The notes: a model not told the origin generated them from the letters alone. DNA of 63,511 nucleotides, filler included, from Octopus bimaculoides (GCF_001194135.2; 4 parts of 3 records of this genome joined end to end with filler, not necessarily neighbours in it), one strand, 5' to 3'. Counted from the whole stretch's first letter, positions 38,871-53,640 are shown. Numbers and translations are program-made.

Positions 38871-39779
38871 CTCTTTCTTTTCTATCCAAGCTATATACAT
38901 GTTTCGTATTCAATAAACATGACAAACCTTAAATATTAAGCTTACTCAGCAATAAACGTATAGATCATAACGGCAAAAGATGTCTATCACTTACTCTGAA
39001 ATATATAGTGGTCGTTTTGAAGTAGTACCGAATACGCCCCAACTGGCTACGGTATGATTTGGATTAGATGTTTGGTGCGATAATAGGAGAATGACAAATA
39101 TAAGAATCGTAGGTGAGTAACATTTCTCCAATGTGCATCTTCATTGCTGGCTGCTTTTACACGTTTCTCTTTAAAATGTATCTTCTCCGTTTCAGCTCTC
39201 CCCCGAAATACAAAGCCTCTTAATTTGCCTTCTGTTCGAATTGAATCACATATCCTCTCTACTCTTCTTTCTTTGAATATTCAATTTGTTAGGTACTAAT
39301 GCAAGACTTACTTGTTTTCTTTCACACTTCCCTGGGATAAACATTATTTTGACATAGTGAGTAGCTCTATGTATAAATTCATTAAGAATTAATTAGTTGA
39401 AAATGATTTTATTTATTTCAGTTGTTCTTAAGAGATAGTCAATTCAATAGATGTAAATATAGTAAAGGCAAAATCTACTAAAATCAGCAAGTAGTTTAAA
39501 GCGACCAGTGTAATCAAAATCACTTTTGCAATCAACCTAGAAATATTTATTAGATATACTTAACAGAAAATGAGAGAAATGGTAACCTAAAATAGACTGT
39601 TAAAGAAGGCAAACAAATTTCAGAAAACATTTCGAAACTTGATAGCAAATTCGATAGTAAATAAATCGAGTGGACAATATTTCTGAACATTTGCCGGTAA
39701 GGGGAATGCTACAGGATCAGATCTTGTCCTGTAGTTTGCTTGGATTTGTTTTCAAGTTTCAAGTGCATGTTAAATCCCC

Positions 39780-40430
39780 AGAGAAGAATATTTTCGTGGA
39801 AAAAATAAGTCTAAGATTTTATATGGAAGTCGCCTACGAGAGACTGCCGAACTTGATAAGTTCAAGATCGATTACAATAATTCACACGGAAATCTCGAAG
39901 GTTAGGAAGGTTACAGACGATCTTCTGTGATCGACAACGAGAAACACAGTGTTATTATTAGAGCAGGGTCAAAGCAAACAATTCTAGAATTATCTCAAGA
40001 CGTAAACGTTTAGCATCCAACAGTTTTCGACATTTGTACGAATTTGGTAAGTCAAGAACTCTTAACAAGCATGTATCACACAAGCCGCATGAATATTGCA
40101 GTAATCGTCATTACCCAGTCTCTGTGAATCTTTTGCGCTGTAAAAGAATAAAATATCTTTTATCGCATTGTCATATGCAGCAAAAAAATAATAAATAAAA
40201 AAGAAAGGTTTCTTTACGATAATTGATGGCATTTGGTGCAGTGACAATGAAAATCACAAACACTTGCCCAAACCAAGGATGAATATTTCTTGGTGTGGAG
40301 CGAAACTATCAAACCATGGAAGTATTCGCGAGGTAATCAATAGGGCGTCCCAAGAAGACGCTTAAATACATTTATACCATGTATGCTCAACTAGAAAGGA
40401 CCAAATTTTTACCATGAATACACTGACGGC
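39780..40430 (+). pseudogene. Very old mariner transposase relic
   Basis: RRSSVIDNEKHSVIIRAGSKQTILELSQDVNV*HPTV...IFYRIVICSKK...YDN resembles mariner RPS..D...L...I...PRQT.RELA..L.VSH.TV...FL.RIVTCDEKW..YDN. Confidence 0.55.
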
Positions 40431-40845
40431 TGTATCTTGCGAATAACTCTAGAATTTAAACGAAGTGCACTTCAACACTCTGCTGTATCAAGTATACATA
40501 CCAAAACTCTTTCCCACGGACTCTTCTGTTTTCAGGTACTCCGATTATTTTCTGTAATAAAGCAGCAGCTCAAAACACGTTCAGAGAATATCAAAACCGT
40601 GAAATTCTGAAGTAGCAAATAAATAAATGTGTTTCATATGAGGAAAATGTGTAGAATCGTTTAATAAAATATATTAAGGTAATGTAAGGTATCTGAAGTA
40701 AGATACCTTACATTAAATTTGATACTTAAAAATCGCAAATATTTACTCTATTGATATAACAAATACATAAGGACATACATACAGGTCTGCATAAATGTAT
40801 GCGCTGGCCTGACTGTGATGGTAAAAGCCTGCTTGCTCACCACAC

Positions 40846-41455
40846 GGTTCGCGAGAATGGAGAGAAGAGCCGATGTCAACTTGGAATTTGCGGTTGCTTT
40901 CGGTCAGTTCATGAGGCACTCGTTTTCCAAGTTTAGGAACCTTTCCAAGTTGTTGAAGATGACGATGAATTGTTGTATGGTTTGAGCTTAAGCTTTATTG
41001 CCAATTCTTCAACTGATAATTGCAGGATTTTCTTCAAGTAATGCCTCAAGGAGCTTATCATCAAACTCAACTGGACGTCCTGTTCAATCTTCATCTTGAA
41101 GGCTTAAATCTCCACTTCTGAATTTTGCAAACCATCTTGTGCAAGTTCTTTCATTCAAGCATTCTTTCCCATAAACTGAGTATATGTTTCGAGTCGCTTC
41201 GGCTGCAGAGTTTCCTTTTTTGTACTCATAAAGCATTATTTGCCTCAAATGCTCTTTGGATACTTCCATGTTAGAAAGGGTTTTAATCAAAGAAATTTTA
41301 ATTCTACTATTCTATAAAATAATATTTAATTAGTTTAAATGTACACAAATGCATAAGAATAATTTTTAATTCCATTAGACATTCTAAAATACTATTAAAT
41401 TTCATTCAATTTAAAAAAAGGTAAAATCGGACAGAACTTATGGGATGACCTGATA
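40846..41455 (-). pseudogene. Mariner transposon 5' half with left TIR
   Basis: TA + TCAGGTCATCCCATAAGTTCTGTCCG end at 41455. ATG 41269: MEVSKEHLRQIMLYEYKKGNSAAEATRNIYSVYGKECLNERTCTRWFAKFRSGDLSLQDED*TGRP (mariner HTH). Confidence 0.88.
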
Positions 41456-42036
41456 TTATATATGTATGTATGTTTGTTTGTTCTTTTTTTTTTCTTGTGT
41501 TTGTCTCCCACCACTGCTTGACAACCAGTGTCGGCGTGTTTACGTTACTGTAAAATAGCGGTTCGTCAAAAAAGACCGATAAGTACAAGGCTTAAAAAAA
41601 TTCAGTCCTGGGGTCGATATGCTCGAATAAAATCCTCCATAGTGGTGCCCCAGCATGGCTGCAGTCACATGGCTGAAAAAATTAAAAGATAAAAGATATT
41701 TGGTTTATGGACCTCTGTTGGTTTTCATTATAATTATTCAGTTGATGAGCAAACTGAATTACGTGTTCAGTTAATTAATATGTAGGTGGTTGAATATTCT
41801 ACAAACACGTTATACTTAGACACAACGTGATGCAGAGTGTGATAAGAATGTTGTATAATTTAAGTGGCGAGCTTACGTGCGATTTCCATAAATCCATTTT
41901 TACTCACAAGGCTTCGGTTTACTTGAGGCTATAGTAACAGATACTTCCGCAAGATGACACGCAAATGGATTGAACTCGTGATCTTGTAATTGCGAACCAA
42001 GCTTAACTATTCAACCATGTTATTTTCAAATATATA

Positions 42037-42410
42037 CAGTAATCCCTCAACTGTTGCAGGTGTTACGTTTCAAAGCCCCTCGCGATAGGTGAAAATCTGC
42101 AATGTAGAAACAGCGGCGAGCTGACAGAAACGTTAGCACGCAGGACGAAATGCTTAGCGGTATTTCGTCTGCCGTTACGTTCTGGGTTCAAATTCCGCCG
42201 AGGTCGACTTTGCCTTTCATCGTTTCCGAGTCAATAAATTAAGTACCAGTTACGCACTGGGATCGATGTAATCGACTTAATCTCCTTGTCTGTCCTCTCT
42301 ATGTTTAGCCCCTTGCGGGCAATAAAGAAATAAGAAACAGTACTGTACTGTATATTTGTTTACCTCTTTTACAATTTGTATATATTTATTTTATTATAAA
42401 TCCAAAACAA
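42037..42410 (+). mobile_element. Tigger-like element end (TA-CAGTAATCCCTC) interrupted by a SINE
   Basis: Homologous to the reverse complement of 3240-3378, which lacks the SINE. Confidence 0.7.
42114..42332 (+). mobile_element. SINE family A, full length
   Basis: Closely similar to 48930-49160. TSD AGAAACAG. Confidence 0.9.
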
Positions 42411-43293
42411 GACCACGGAGGAATCGTCAAAAGGCGAATGAACTCCTGAACATTTTCTGACCAGGCACTCTGTTAAGTTTCCAATCCTAAGAGCATTTTT
42501 AGTCGATAGAATCAGAAATCATGATGCAAACGATATTTATTTTATTATAGCTGAAACTAGAACAGAAAAAAAGGACCCTTGATCTGAAGGAGCGAAAATA
42601 AATAAAGTAAGAAAACATTATTTCGCTACACATTTATACATTCCCTGAAAACATCGTGCATAGACGCGTGTATGCTTTATATGACTTACGCATCAAATAA
42701 AAATTATTTAAAGTCACCATTTTATACATTAAGTTTGTTATGTGTATAAGCATATATCTACGTGAGAATACTTACTTGCATAATATATAGATAGACATGC
42801 ATATAGTACACAAAGACACACATACATAAATATACATAAATACATACATACATTACATACGTATGCATATATGCATGAATACAGGCTTCTTTTTAAATAT
42901 GTAAGAATGAATGTGTAAACGTAGTCATATATAACCATAAAATTTTGTATATATACATATAATTTTATGCATATCTATCTTATTATTATTAGTGTAATCA
43001 TGTGTGTGAGTATCTGTGTGTATGTATGTTTGTGCATATGTGTCTGTGTTGGTATATATAAACAGGAATGCATATCTTCATATATATGAGAATATGCTTC
43101 TGTATATATATATATATATATATNNNNNNNNNNNNNNNNNNNNNNNNNNNNNNNNNNNNNNNNNNNNNNNNNNNNNNNNNNNNNNNNNNNNNNNNNNNNN
43201 NNNNNNNNNNTATGATTTCCTTCGTGGTCGTATAGACGTGAATATATACATAAGTGTGCTTATCGACACGTGTATGTATATATGTATACAGAT

Positions 43294-43366
<73 letters not shown>

Positions 43367-45074
43367 TACACTTACATGTGAGTGTTGTGTATCAATGTGG
43401 TTGGGGTTCAAAGACTTGCTGTGAAGATTAAAGCGTTACTCGGTGGCAAATCCATACCACACGTTTCAGCTAAATTGAAGTTGAATCGTGCTGGCAAAAA
43501 AAAATAATCAAAAGGAGGAACAATTGATTATTTTGTTCCATCATAGCAATAGTATCGGTATGTTTATGTTTCTCTTGATTTTAACATGTATTTCAGGAAA
43601 ACACACACACCCACACACATACGTAGTTCACACACACATATACATGCCAACAAACCCACACGGTCACACTCACTGATAAACGCATGTTATTCATACATGT
43701 ATACATGTATATATGTATATATATATATATGTGTTTGTGTGTCTATTTCAGCATATATATATATANNNNNNNNNNNNNNNNNNNNNNNNNNNNNNNNNNN
43801 NNNNNNNNNNNNNNNNNNNNNNNNNNNNNNNNNNNNNNNNNNNNNNNNNNNNNNNNNNNNNNNNNNNNNNNNNNNNNNNNNNNNNNNNNNNNNNNNNNNN
43901 NNNNNNNNNNNNNNNNNNNNNNNNNNNNNNNNNNNNNNNNNNNNNNNNNNNNNNNNNNNNNNNNNNNNNNNNNNNNNNNNNNNNNNNNNNNNNNNNNNNN
44001 NNNNNNNNNNNNNNNNATATATATATATATACGTGCGCACATAAATATACATAAATAATAATGTATATACATATAATATACATCCATACACACATATATT
44101 TGTATATGTGTGCTTGCGTGTGTATGTGTATAAACGAATTTCAGAAATTATCATCTCTAGGCCAAAAGTTTAATACCTAAATCTCTCACATACAGTTGTG
44201 TATATTTACGCGTATGTATTCACATATGCATATATGTGTGTTTATATATCTGTGTGCATGTAACGCACATACTTTGTATTGATCTCAGTATATGTGAGCC
44301 ATATGTTTGTGTTCGTATGTGTTTTAGAATATGTGTCCCTGTAACAATTTTCAAAAAAAAAATGTTTTTCATGCGAAATAACCATGAATCGAATACGCAA
44401 ACTCTTTCATAGTATAATCTAGTAAACGAAAATAAAATGAAAAAATGCATCAATCTACAAATATATTTTGTTATTCGTTTTTCTTATTTGTTTATTCATC
44501 TGAAACAGAGCCCTGTTTCCTTGATTTTATTTTCCAGTTGGCAAACACATATCATGAATTTACCTCGTATATTAGTAGTTTTACTGTCTCCAGAGAAGCT
44601 AAACAACACAACTCTTCTATAAATGAATAATAGTTCCCAATATGAAAACATCGTTACATACAAATTCTGTTTGAAAGTCAGACTACACATTGCCGGAGTT
44701 TTTTCACTTAATAGTGATAATGGTTTCATAGTGTTATTATTTTTAATTAAATTTCTACTTTAAAGCAATGTAACGTCTATTGTTCTTGGTTCAATCGATT
44801 ATTTGCAAATATATTTGCTTTAAATATTTAGATTTAATTCCCTGATTGCCAAGGTATTTTGTTATGTAATTTGGGTTTTGTATTTCAATAATAATTTGCA
44901 CTAGATTTTATTAAGTTCAGAAACTACATTGACAGAAACATGTTTTAAACTATCACACGCACGCGCGCGCGCACACACACACACACACACATACACACAC
45001 ACACACATGCAAAAACATACGCACACATAAACACGTACACATGCATATCTTCACATATCCATTCCTTCACCTTG

Positions 45075-45274
45075 ATGCGTATATATATTTGTATACATAT
45101 TCATATATATACATGCATGTATATATATATATATATGTGTATACATACATATACAGATATGTGTGTGTGTATATATATACATATATGTATATTTATATAT
45201 ACATATATGTATATATATAGATATATATATATATATATATATACATACATATATGTATGTACATATATATATTT

Positions 45275-45365
<91 letters not shown>

Positions 45366-45420
45366 AACATACATACATACATACATATGTATGTATATAT
45401 ATACATACAAACATACATAT
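45075..45420. repeat. Degenerate (TA)/(TACA) microsatellite field, representative of dozens of (TA)n, (CA)n, (CT)n and (TACA)n tracts
   Basis: Direct reading. Such tracts flank most N gaps and generate most ORF-track entries. Confidence 0.95.
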
Positions 45421-45814
45421 GAAATTGCGTGTTGCAACGCGAACAATTTCTTCGTGAAAAATAGTCATTCCCATTATTTAAGGAACATACACTAACAACA
45501 GATGTTACTATTAAAAACACATTTATTGGATTAATTGACTGAAAGCTTCAATCCTATAGAATAAAATCATAAAATAGAAAAATGTGGCCCCCAAGTTTAT
45601 ACGAAATGATTTTATACCTGCAGTGAATTTAAAAGCAGTAACGTACGCTAAATATTACTCCAGATTAATGTTAGCGAAAATGTTGCCATGCATTAGAAAC
45701 CATCTGGAATCCCAAAACTCTCGCTCTTGTAATATATGCTTAGATGGACGTGTCCCACACACCCACCTAAAGTTAATCCATATGAAGGGGTTTCAGAAAA
45801 CTATTAAATACTTA

Positions 45815-46400
45815 CACGCTGTTCGGGCTAGTCGCATAAAAGAAAAAGAAACATACTGTCCTGTTTTAAAACTAAATGTATTTTTTACATCAAAAGTATT
45901 AACTAGATTATGGCTGGAAGATAATGGTTTAATCAAAGTAGACACCCTCAAGTTCCACCATAGCCTGAAACGGTTCCGGAATCTTGTTCCAGAATCTGTG
46001 TCCCTAGGGAGATCTTCCAATACCTTCTTGATCTTGGTCGCCATGTTGGCATTTGTGTTGCAAGAAGAATGCTTGGTGCCCTTCCCAAATGCGTACCATG
46101 GTGTTACAATCAGGGGAAATAAGAGACAAGAAATTAGGGATGGTGGTGAAGTCGTGGAAATTCTCCGACAACCCTTTCTGAGTGTTTCCCGAGTTCTAGC
46201 ATGCAGCCGAATCTTTCTGTCAGATATATGACCTTCCAGTAGTAACCCTCTCCCGCCAGAGACTGGCCACAATTTTCAGCAGCTTCATATAGCTGTTTGA
46301 ATTCAGCCTAAGACATTGCTCAAGGATGTCGGGGTTAATCGCAGCATATGGATGTAGTCAGAACACCTGCTGCTTCCTTTGTTGCTGGCCACGACTTCAT
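45815..46400 (-). pseudogene. Tc1/mariner DD37D (maT-like) transposase C-terminal relic
   Basis: LRLNSNSYMKLL...GRSYI*QKDSAAC*NSGNTQKGLSENFHDF...SPDCN, then TKHSSCNT...KKVLEDLPRD...RFR. Matches QQDSAP.H...WPP.SPD.NP.D with maT-like spacing. Confidence 0.7.
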
Positions 46401-46707
46401 TGTCTCCGCTGCATCTGTTCATGTCACGTCTTACAGCCATTGCGTACCCAAATCATGGACCATCTGAGCCATATCAGTCTAGGCCGCCGCGTGAGTGAAC
46501 GAACTAATTACAAGACACTATGACAGACACAAGAGACAACGCTGTGTACGTTGTCACGCGACTTGATCCTTAAACACGCTACCTCCTATATCGTCTCACT
46601 ACCTTTATTCCGTAATTGATAGACTCAGAAATAAGAAAAAAGAGCAGTATTTTCAAATTACACTATCTTTTGAAAAAAAGAAATAGAAAAAAAACTGCAG
46701 CACACAC

Positions 46708-46774
46708 TCGATAATATAGTCTTTGATCAGTGATTCGCTGACTCTTGGGAATCCATATCTGTAGCACTTGATAT
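46708..46774 (-). CDS. Candidate exon, degenerate LDLa-like segment
   Basis: Acceptor gactttacctttcag|AT. Phase-1 frame reads IKCYRYGFPRVSESLIKDYII(E), with SESxxxDxIx spacing identical to SESKVCDRIN in the LDLa exon. Donor is weak (gtgtgt at 46707 or gtgtgc at 46705). Confidence 0.3.
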
Positions 46775-48929
46775 CTGAAAGGTAAAGTCAATATTTGAAA
46801 ACATCACAATGTAAAATGCATTATTCATGATACGGTTGATAAAGATAAACTTAGAAAATTTCATCATCGAATTCCAATCCACAAGAATAACTTTATATTC
46901 TAGGTATTTTTTTTTTAGAAGCTAATCTACTCTTAAAACAGTCTTCTATTGAAATTTAAATTTAGAATATAGCATCAACAAAACAACACTATCTCGTTAA
47001 ACAAGTAAGGTTTTGTTTAATACTTCTATTGATTTTGCTGCATATTCAGTAAAATCCTTCAAGTAAGTGATGTAAGTGATTAACAAATTTGTTCCTAATT
47101 GCTAAACTAAAATTATTGAGTAAACAAATATTTTTCAAAGCTTGGGATCCATGAGGATACTCATTCAAATTCGTAGGTGGATGTTTGGTAGAGGGAAGTT
47201 TGAAAACGAATATTCTAGATAAACAATGCCTGTAAAATGTTTACCAATTTATGCAGAAAATCCGACTTCACGTAGAGTTTGAACAGAAAATAGTATGAAG
47301 TTAGACTTAACGATTACAATATAAAATATAGCATTTTTGGAGAGATCTGTCTCATGTCACAAACGTCTGATTCATTGTATTTAGCCATGGTTGATTGATG
47401 AAACTCAGTTGATAGAAATCAGTGGTAAAACTCTCAACATTTTTACCTGAACAAAGATAAATGTTCATTCCAATGGGTATTTGTATCATTCTATACTTTA
47501 GGCACGCAGTTCTTTACCCTGAGGGAATCTACTGAGGGAAATCTCAGCATTCCAGTGATAGAAGTAGCGATTTCACAGAAGAAAATGGTTTCAAGTTTGG
47601 AGAATTCTTAGTTGCTAAACAGACTTTGCGAGATTTATTTCCCTAACGTTGACTTTAAAGATTCTAATCTTAAATCTCCATAAGGTTGACAGTGACACAA
47701 TACATTGCATTAAAAAAGTACGTTCTTTTTCTCACATATGTTGGAAGACTCGGGATAGTGGAGCAGTAAGAGAGGGAAACGGAAAAACCATATTAAGCCA
47801 TGAAAAACAGGTTAACATCCATATGCATGAAGCTTCGTAAAAATTAGCAATATATCTACGAATTAGTTTATATTACTCGATCCGGCTTGAGAGTCTCTGT
47901 GTGGTCGTAACTTGCTTGGAGTAACAACCGGATCCATCGCAAATTACACCATGTCACTTTTAAAAAAGAGATGTAATGAATAATGCAGAGTTAGGTGCAC
48001 GATTGCTGAAAAACAAAAAATAAACAAAAAAAAACAAAAAAACAAATACCCAACGCAAGATCGTATACCTTGTTTATTGTAGACACAATCAGTTACTGAC
48101 ACCCATAGACCGTAAACAATAAGGAGAAGATTTGCAGATGTGTATAAGTACTTGCCAAATTGGTATTATGTAATTAAAGGTACTCTAAGCAACGATGGCG
48201 CATTACAACGCAGAAACAAGTGTCCAACACTCTGTTCGTTTCCATATTTATTGTCTATAAAAAGTTTTCTTTTCTTTTTTTCTGATTAAGTTACTGTAGC
48301 GAAGGTTTTTACACATGTAAGTGTACGCAAATATGTTACGTCTAAATGAATATAGCTTTCTATTTAATTGTCGCTTAATACGTATGTTTATGTGCTTAAG
48401 TATAGTCGTAAATATACCACTATATTGGAACCAGATTGGATCATGATACTATACGTGAAGCTTTAAACACAACAATTTCAGTCATACATCTAACTGTCTT
48501 CACATGATTATTGTGTATGTGTAGTACACATATTTACAAACACACACGTACCTACTCGAACATACGTAGATGCACAAATATATATGTATGCGTGACACGT
48601 TGATCAAGTGCTTAGTAGTATACCCTTGGGTGGATCGAAGGCTCGTATGTGAATTGGGTCGACGGAATCTGACCAAAAGCCTATCAAATGTGTCTATATA
48701 TATATATACACACAAACTCACACACACACAAACACACACACACTTACACACGCAAATATATATGTATATACATATATATACATTGCGCTTCAAATTATTA
48801 ACGACGTAACATCTTTTTTATTTAATTTAAAAACTACGAACTTTACACAGAATAACGGCTACTCTTATATCCGTTTGGTGCGTAAAATAAAGCGAGGTTC
48901 CATAAACAACTCAGAAACTACTGCCATAA

Positions 48930-49160
48930 GGCGGCGAGCTGGTAGAAATGTTAGCACGCCGGGCAAAATGTTTAGCGGTATTTCGTCTGCCGTTACGTTC
49001 TGAGTTCAAATTCCGCCGAGGTCGACTTTGCCTTTCATCCTTTCGGGGTCAATAAATTAAGTACCAGTTACGCACTGGGGTCGATGTAATCGACTTAATC
49101 CCTTTGTCTGTCCTTGTTTGTCCCCTCTATGTTTAGCCCTTTGTGGGCAATAAAGAAATA
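48930..49160 (+). mobile_element. tRNA-headed SINE family A, full length with 15-bp TSD
   Basis: ggcggcgagctgg...gagttcaaattccgcc...aataaagaaata. TSD AGAAACTAC(T/G)GCCAT at 48913-48927 and 49161-49175. Confidence 0.9.
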
Positions 49161-51315
49161 AGAAACTACGGCCATTTTCTAAACTTACGTAAACTTTCGC
49201 TGTTTCGAATTAAAACTCATGTAAGCAAGAAAGTACCAACTTAAGTGTTTGATGTACATACTGAAATGAACATTTACAGTTATAAAGATGGAAGAAATAG
49301 AAATAAGCACGTAAAAAGCATTCAAAAATGATAGGTTAGCTGATTAGTAAGGGATATATGAGCCTTTGTTAGAAATAAGTTGGAAAAGGTGTTGGTCCAT
49401 TGGGCATGCTAATTTCTGGATCTCCTCTGCTGTCATTCCACGGATACATCCACATTTCCTACATTTCCTACGATTCTAGCAATTTGTTCCGGGTTCAGGC
49501 CCACTGCGTGGCACCTTGGGCAAGTGTCTCCTACAATACCCTCGGGCCGACAAAAGTTCATTATGTATGTATATNNNNNNNNNNNNNNNNNNNNNNNNNN
49601 NNNNNNNNNNNNNNNNNNNNNNNNNNNNNNNNNNNNNNNNNNNNNNNNNNNNNNNNNNNNNNNNNNNNNNNNNNNNNNNNNNNNNNNNNNNNNNNNNNNN
49701 NNNNNNNNNNNNNNNNNNNNNATATATATATATATATATATAAAGAAAGAGAGACAGAAGGAGAGAGTGACGTGCAGGAGTGGCTGTGTGGTAAGTAGCT
49801 TGCTTACCAACCACATGGTTCCGGGTTCAGTCCCACTGCCGAGAGAGAGGGGGGGATAGAAACATAAATGGAGAAAGGCAGACAGAGGTCAGACATGAAT
49901 TGACCACTGGTCTGTTACACTATTTATCGATCTAGAGAGGATAAAAAGAAATGTTGACAGCGTCCTGATTTGAAATGAAACCGCGGAGAGCCGAAACTTA
50001 TATCATAAGTTATTCTATCCGACGGTTTTACGATTCTAGCAATCTGTGCGTGCGTACGTACATGCGTGTGTGTGAGTTACTGTGAGTATGCGCGCGCGCG
50101 ACAGTGTCTGTAGACGAATATTGAACAAAATAGACACTGCGGAAATGGTATGTGGAGTTGCATACTTTATGTGAAGTCATCCATTCGATAAACAGACGTC
50201 GATAAAATATTTAACAGACTAAAATAATGGCGTCAATAAAATCGACCAAAGCGCTTGAAGGTAGTGCTACAGCATGGTCGTAACCTAAAGACTGATACCA
50301 GTTTAACAACGAAAGAATAGCAGTGAATTATTTGCAATATTTACACTTACACTTAATTATTGAAAATTCCACAGAATTAAGAAACTCATCACGATTTGTT
50401 CATGTCTTGTTCGTTTTAACGTCTTTTATTAATTTATTTCTATTTTATCGTATTTTTCTGTTTGAAATGTCCATTTTTGTCTGTATTTACAAATACTTTT
50501 TTCATCAATATTGACATGTTTAAATGTGCAAATAGAATATGCAAAAATCATATAATTAAATTTAGGTGAGTTCTTATAAATGGTTTACACATTCTGCGGC
50601 AAAAATGAAATTGAAGAAGAAAAACAAATAACAAAACTCACTTATAACATAAAAACGTATTATTTTTTTCCTTATTTTTATGATTAAAACTTTTCAGTAA
50701 ATGTCATTATTCGTGTTAATATGTCAATAACTTTTCTCTAGTATACATCATGTGTTGAACAATTTCTAAAGCTGCTACAAACATCTTATATTCGAGATTA
50801 CATATTGTTTATCAGTTTATAATTGTAGGCACACACCTACGTGCACGTCACATATTTATATATACACCCACATAAATATATCTGTATATAATTCAGATAT
50901 TGCCTGGGGCGCCTGGTTTTTCTTCATCTTTGTATTAGTGGCAAATTCAATCTAAGCGCGTCTTACAAATTATTACCATAACAAAAAGGGAAGTAGCACC
51001 AGTGTAGATATAGCAGAGCAAAGGGTGGCACAATCAGGAAATTAGCGAACCAAACATTGTGGTATATTATTCTTTTATTCATTTATTCTTTTAATGGTTT
51101 TAGTCGTAGAATTGCGACCATATTGGACCACAGCCTTAATTTTCTGTCGGTTTTCTAGTTGCTTTATGGCAGGTAGCTGGTCTACGAATGAGTTTCTAGC
51201 AGCTGATCTTCCTTGAGTATATCCTTGAATGCTTGACTGGTCCGATATAGTCGCTGGGCGTTTATCCAATTTTATTTTTTAATTGTTCAGTAGAGGTTCA
51301 TTCATTTTTTAAAGC

Positions 51316-51660
51316 GGAGGCCCAATGGCCCAGTGGTTTCGATTCCCAGACCGGGCGTTGTGAGTGTTTATTGAGCGACAACACCAAAAACTCCACGCGG
51401 CTCCGGCAGGGGATGGTGGCGAACCCAACTGTACTCTTTCACCACAACTTTCTCTCACTCTTACTTCCTATTTCTGTTTTGCCTGTAATTCAAAGGGTCA
51501 GCCTTGTCACACTGTGTCACTCTGAATATCCCCGAGAACTACGTTAAGGGTACACGTGTCTGTGGAGTGCTCAGCCACTTGCACGTTAATTTCACGAGCA
51601 GATTGTTCTGTTGATCGGATCAACTGGAACCCTCGACGTCGTAAGCGACGGAGTGCCAAC
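51316..51660 (+). mobile_element. SINE family D (3' fragment also at 26812-26915)
   Basis: tRNA-like head ggaggcccaatggcccagtgg/tttcgattcc. The 3' block cgtgtctgtggagtgctcagc...gacggag is shared with 26812-26915. Confidence 0.75.
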
Positions 51661-52245
51661 ACACACACAGAGGATCATTTTATACACCTAATTTCTTTAG
51701 GTAAGCAGTTGGACAGTTGTAGACCTCTAAATATCAGGTAAAAAAAAAGGTGGGTAAAGTTACCTTCTCGATTCATGTCAACTCGTAAGAGCCGGTTTCT
51801 CGGTTTTCATGGGGTATGTATTCCCCCACCGGTCCGTCGCAGAATTACTCATTTTTGCCGCCTGCTGAGTGGACTGGAGCAACGTGAAATTAAGTGTTTT
51901 GCGCAAAAACACAACGCGTCACCCAATTCTGGAAACGAAACCGCATTCTTACGACCGTGAGTCCATTCCTCCACGCGTCTCCACTAGTATCGTTCTAATT
52001 TAAATAATGAAATCATTACCATTGATTAATTAGCTCCCCTAAAATTTATAAGTTTGTGCCTATGTTGTAAGTCAATGTTATAGAATACAAGTGCGTGATG
52101 TATTAACAGAATCGGTAGAACGGCAAACAACACGCTACGTAGTATGAATTTGTGCAATTTTTCGTTCTGAATTCGAATTCAGCGCGGGGCGATTTGGCCT
52201 GTCATCATTGGTGGGTCATTAAAGTGGTGTACCATTGGCAAACTC

Positions 52246-52316
<71 letters not shown>

Positions 52317-52833
52317 NNNNNNNNNNNNNNNNNNNNNNNNNNNNNNNNNNNNNNNNNNNNNNNNNNNNNNNNNNNNNNNNNNNNNNNNNNNNNNNNNNNN
52401 NNNNNNNNNNNNNNNNNNNNNNNNNNNNNNNNNNNNNNNNNNNNNNNNNNNNNNNNNNNNNNNNNNNNNNNNNNNNNNNNNNNNNNNNNNNNNNNNNNNN
52501 NNNNNNNNNNNNNNNNNNNNNNNNNNNNNNNNNNNNNNNNNNNNNNNNNNNNNNNNNNNNNNNNNNNNNNNNNNNNNNNNNNNNNNNNNNNNNNNNNNNN
52601 NNNNNNNNNNNNNNNNNNNNNNNNNNNNNNNNNNNNNNNNNNNNNNNNNNNNNNNNNNNNNNNNNNNNNNNNNNNNNNNNNNNNNNNNNNNNNNNNNNNN
52701 NNNNNNNNNNNNNNNNAGCCTCGGGCCGACCAAAGCCTTGTGAGTGGATTTGGTAGTCGGAAACTGGAAGAAGCCCGTCGTATATATGTGTGTGGGTGTG
52801 TGTGTGTGTGTGTGTGTGCGTGTGTGCGTGTGT

Positions 52834-52871
<38 letters not shown>

Positions 52872-53586
52872 TTGTGTGTCTGTGTTTAGGTCTCCGTAAA
52901 ATAGCGGTTCGGTAAAAGAGACCCGATAGAATGAATACTAGGCTTACAAAGTATAAGACGGTGCCCAACTGACCCTATCATATTGTAGTCGATAAAATCA
53001 AAATCTAAAGAATTAAAAATATATAATGGCGACAATTAACCATCGCACACTGCATACATGTGTGTGTGTGTGTGTGCGTGTGTGTGTGTGTGTGTGCGTG
53101 TGTGTGTGTGTGTGTGCGTGTGTGTGTGTGTGTGTGCGCGCGCGTTTGCTAATGTGTTTGTGCGTGTGTATGTGCGCTAATGTGTTTGTGCATGTGTGTG
53201 TGTGTACGCATGTGTGTGTATACACACACATACACACACACACACACGCGCACAAAGAACCCTACATAAGACAGAACATGTGTGAAGTAATAACTGAGGC
53301 TCAGTCAATGTGGTCAACTGACCGGCTAGAAATGGCAACCAAATATCATACAAATTACACATTACCGCCTTTAAAGCATAGGCACAGATTTTATAATTTA
53401 GTCATAGATGCAATATTTGTAGAGGAAAACGTTGGTATAATCATATTTGAAATGATTTCCAATCATACGTTGTTTTGCTAAGCAACAAAAATAAATCATG
53501 TAATTACGATATTGTGTATATTCTTGAAAATATACACAATATTTACTGCCGAGACATAGAAATCTATAAGCGTACATACATATTTA

Positions 53587-53640
<54 letters not shown>

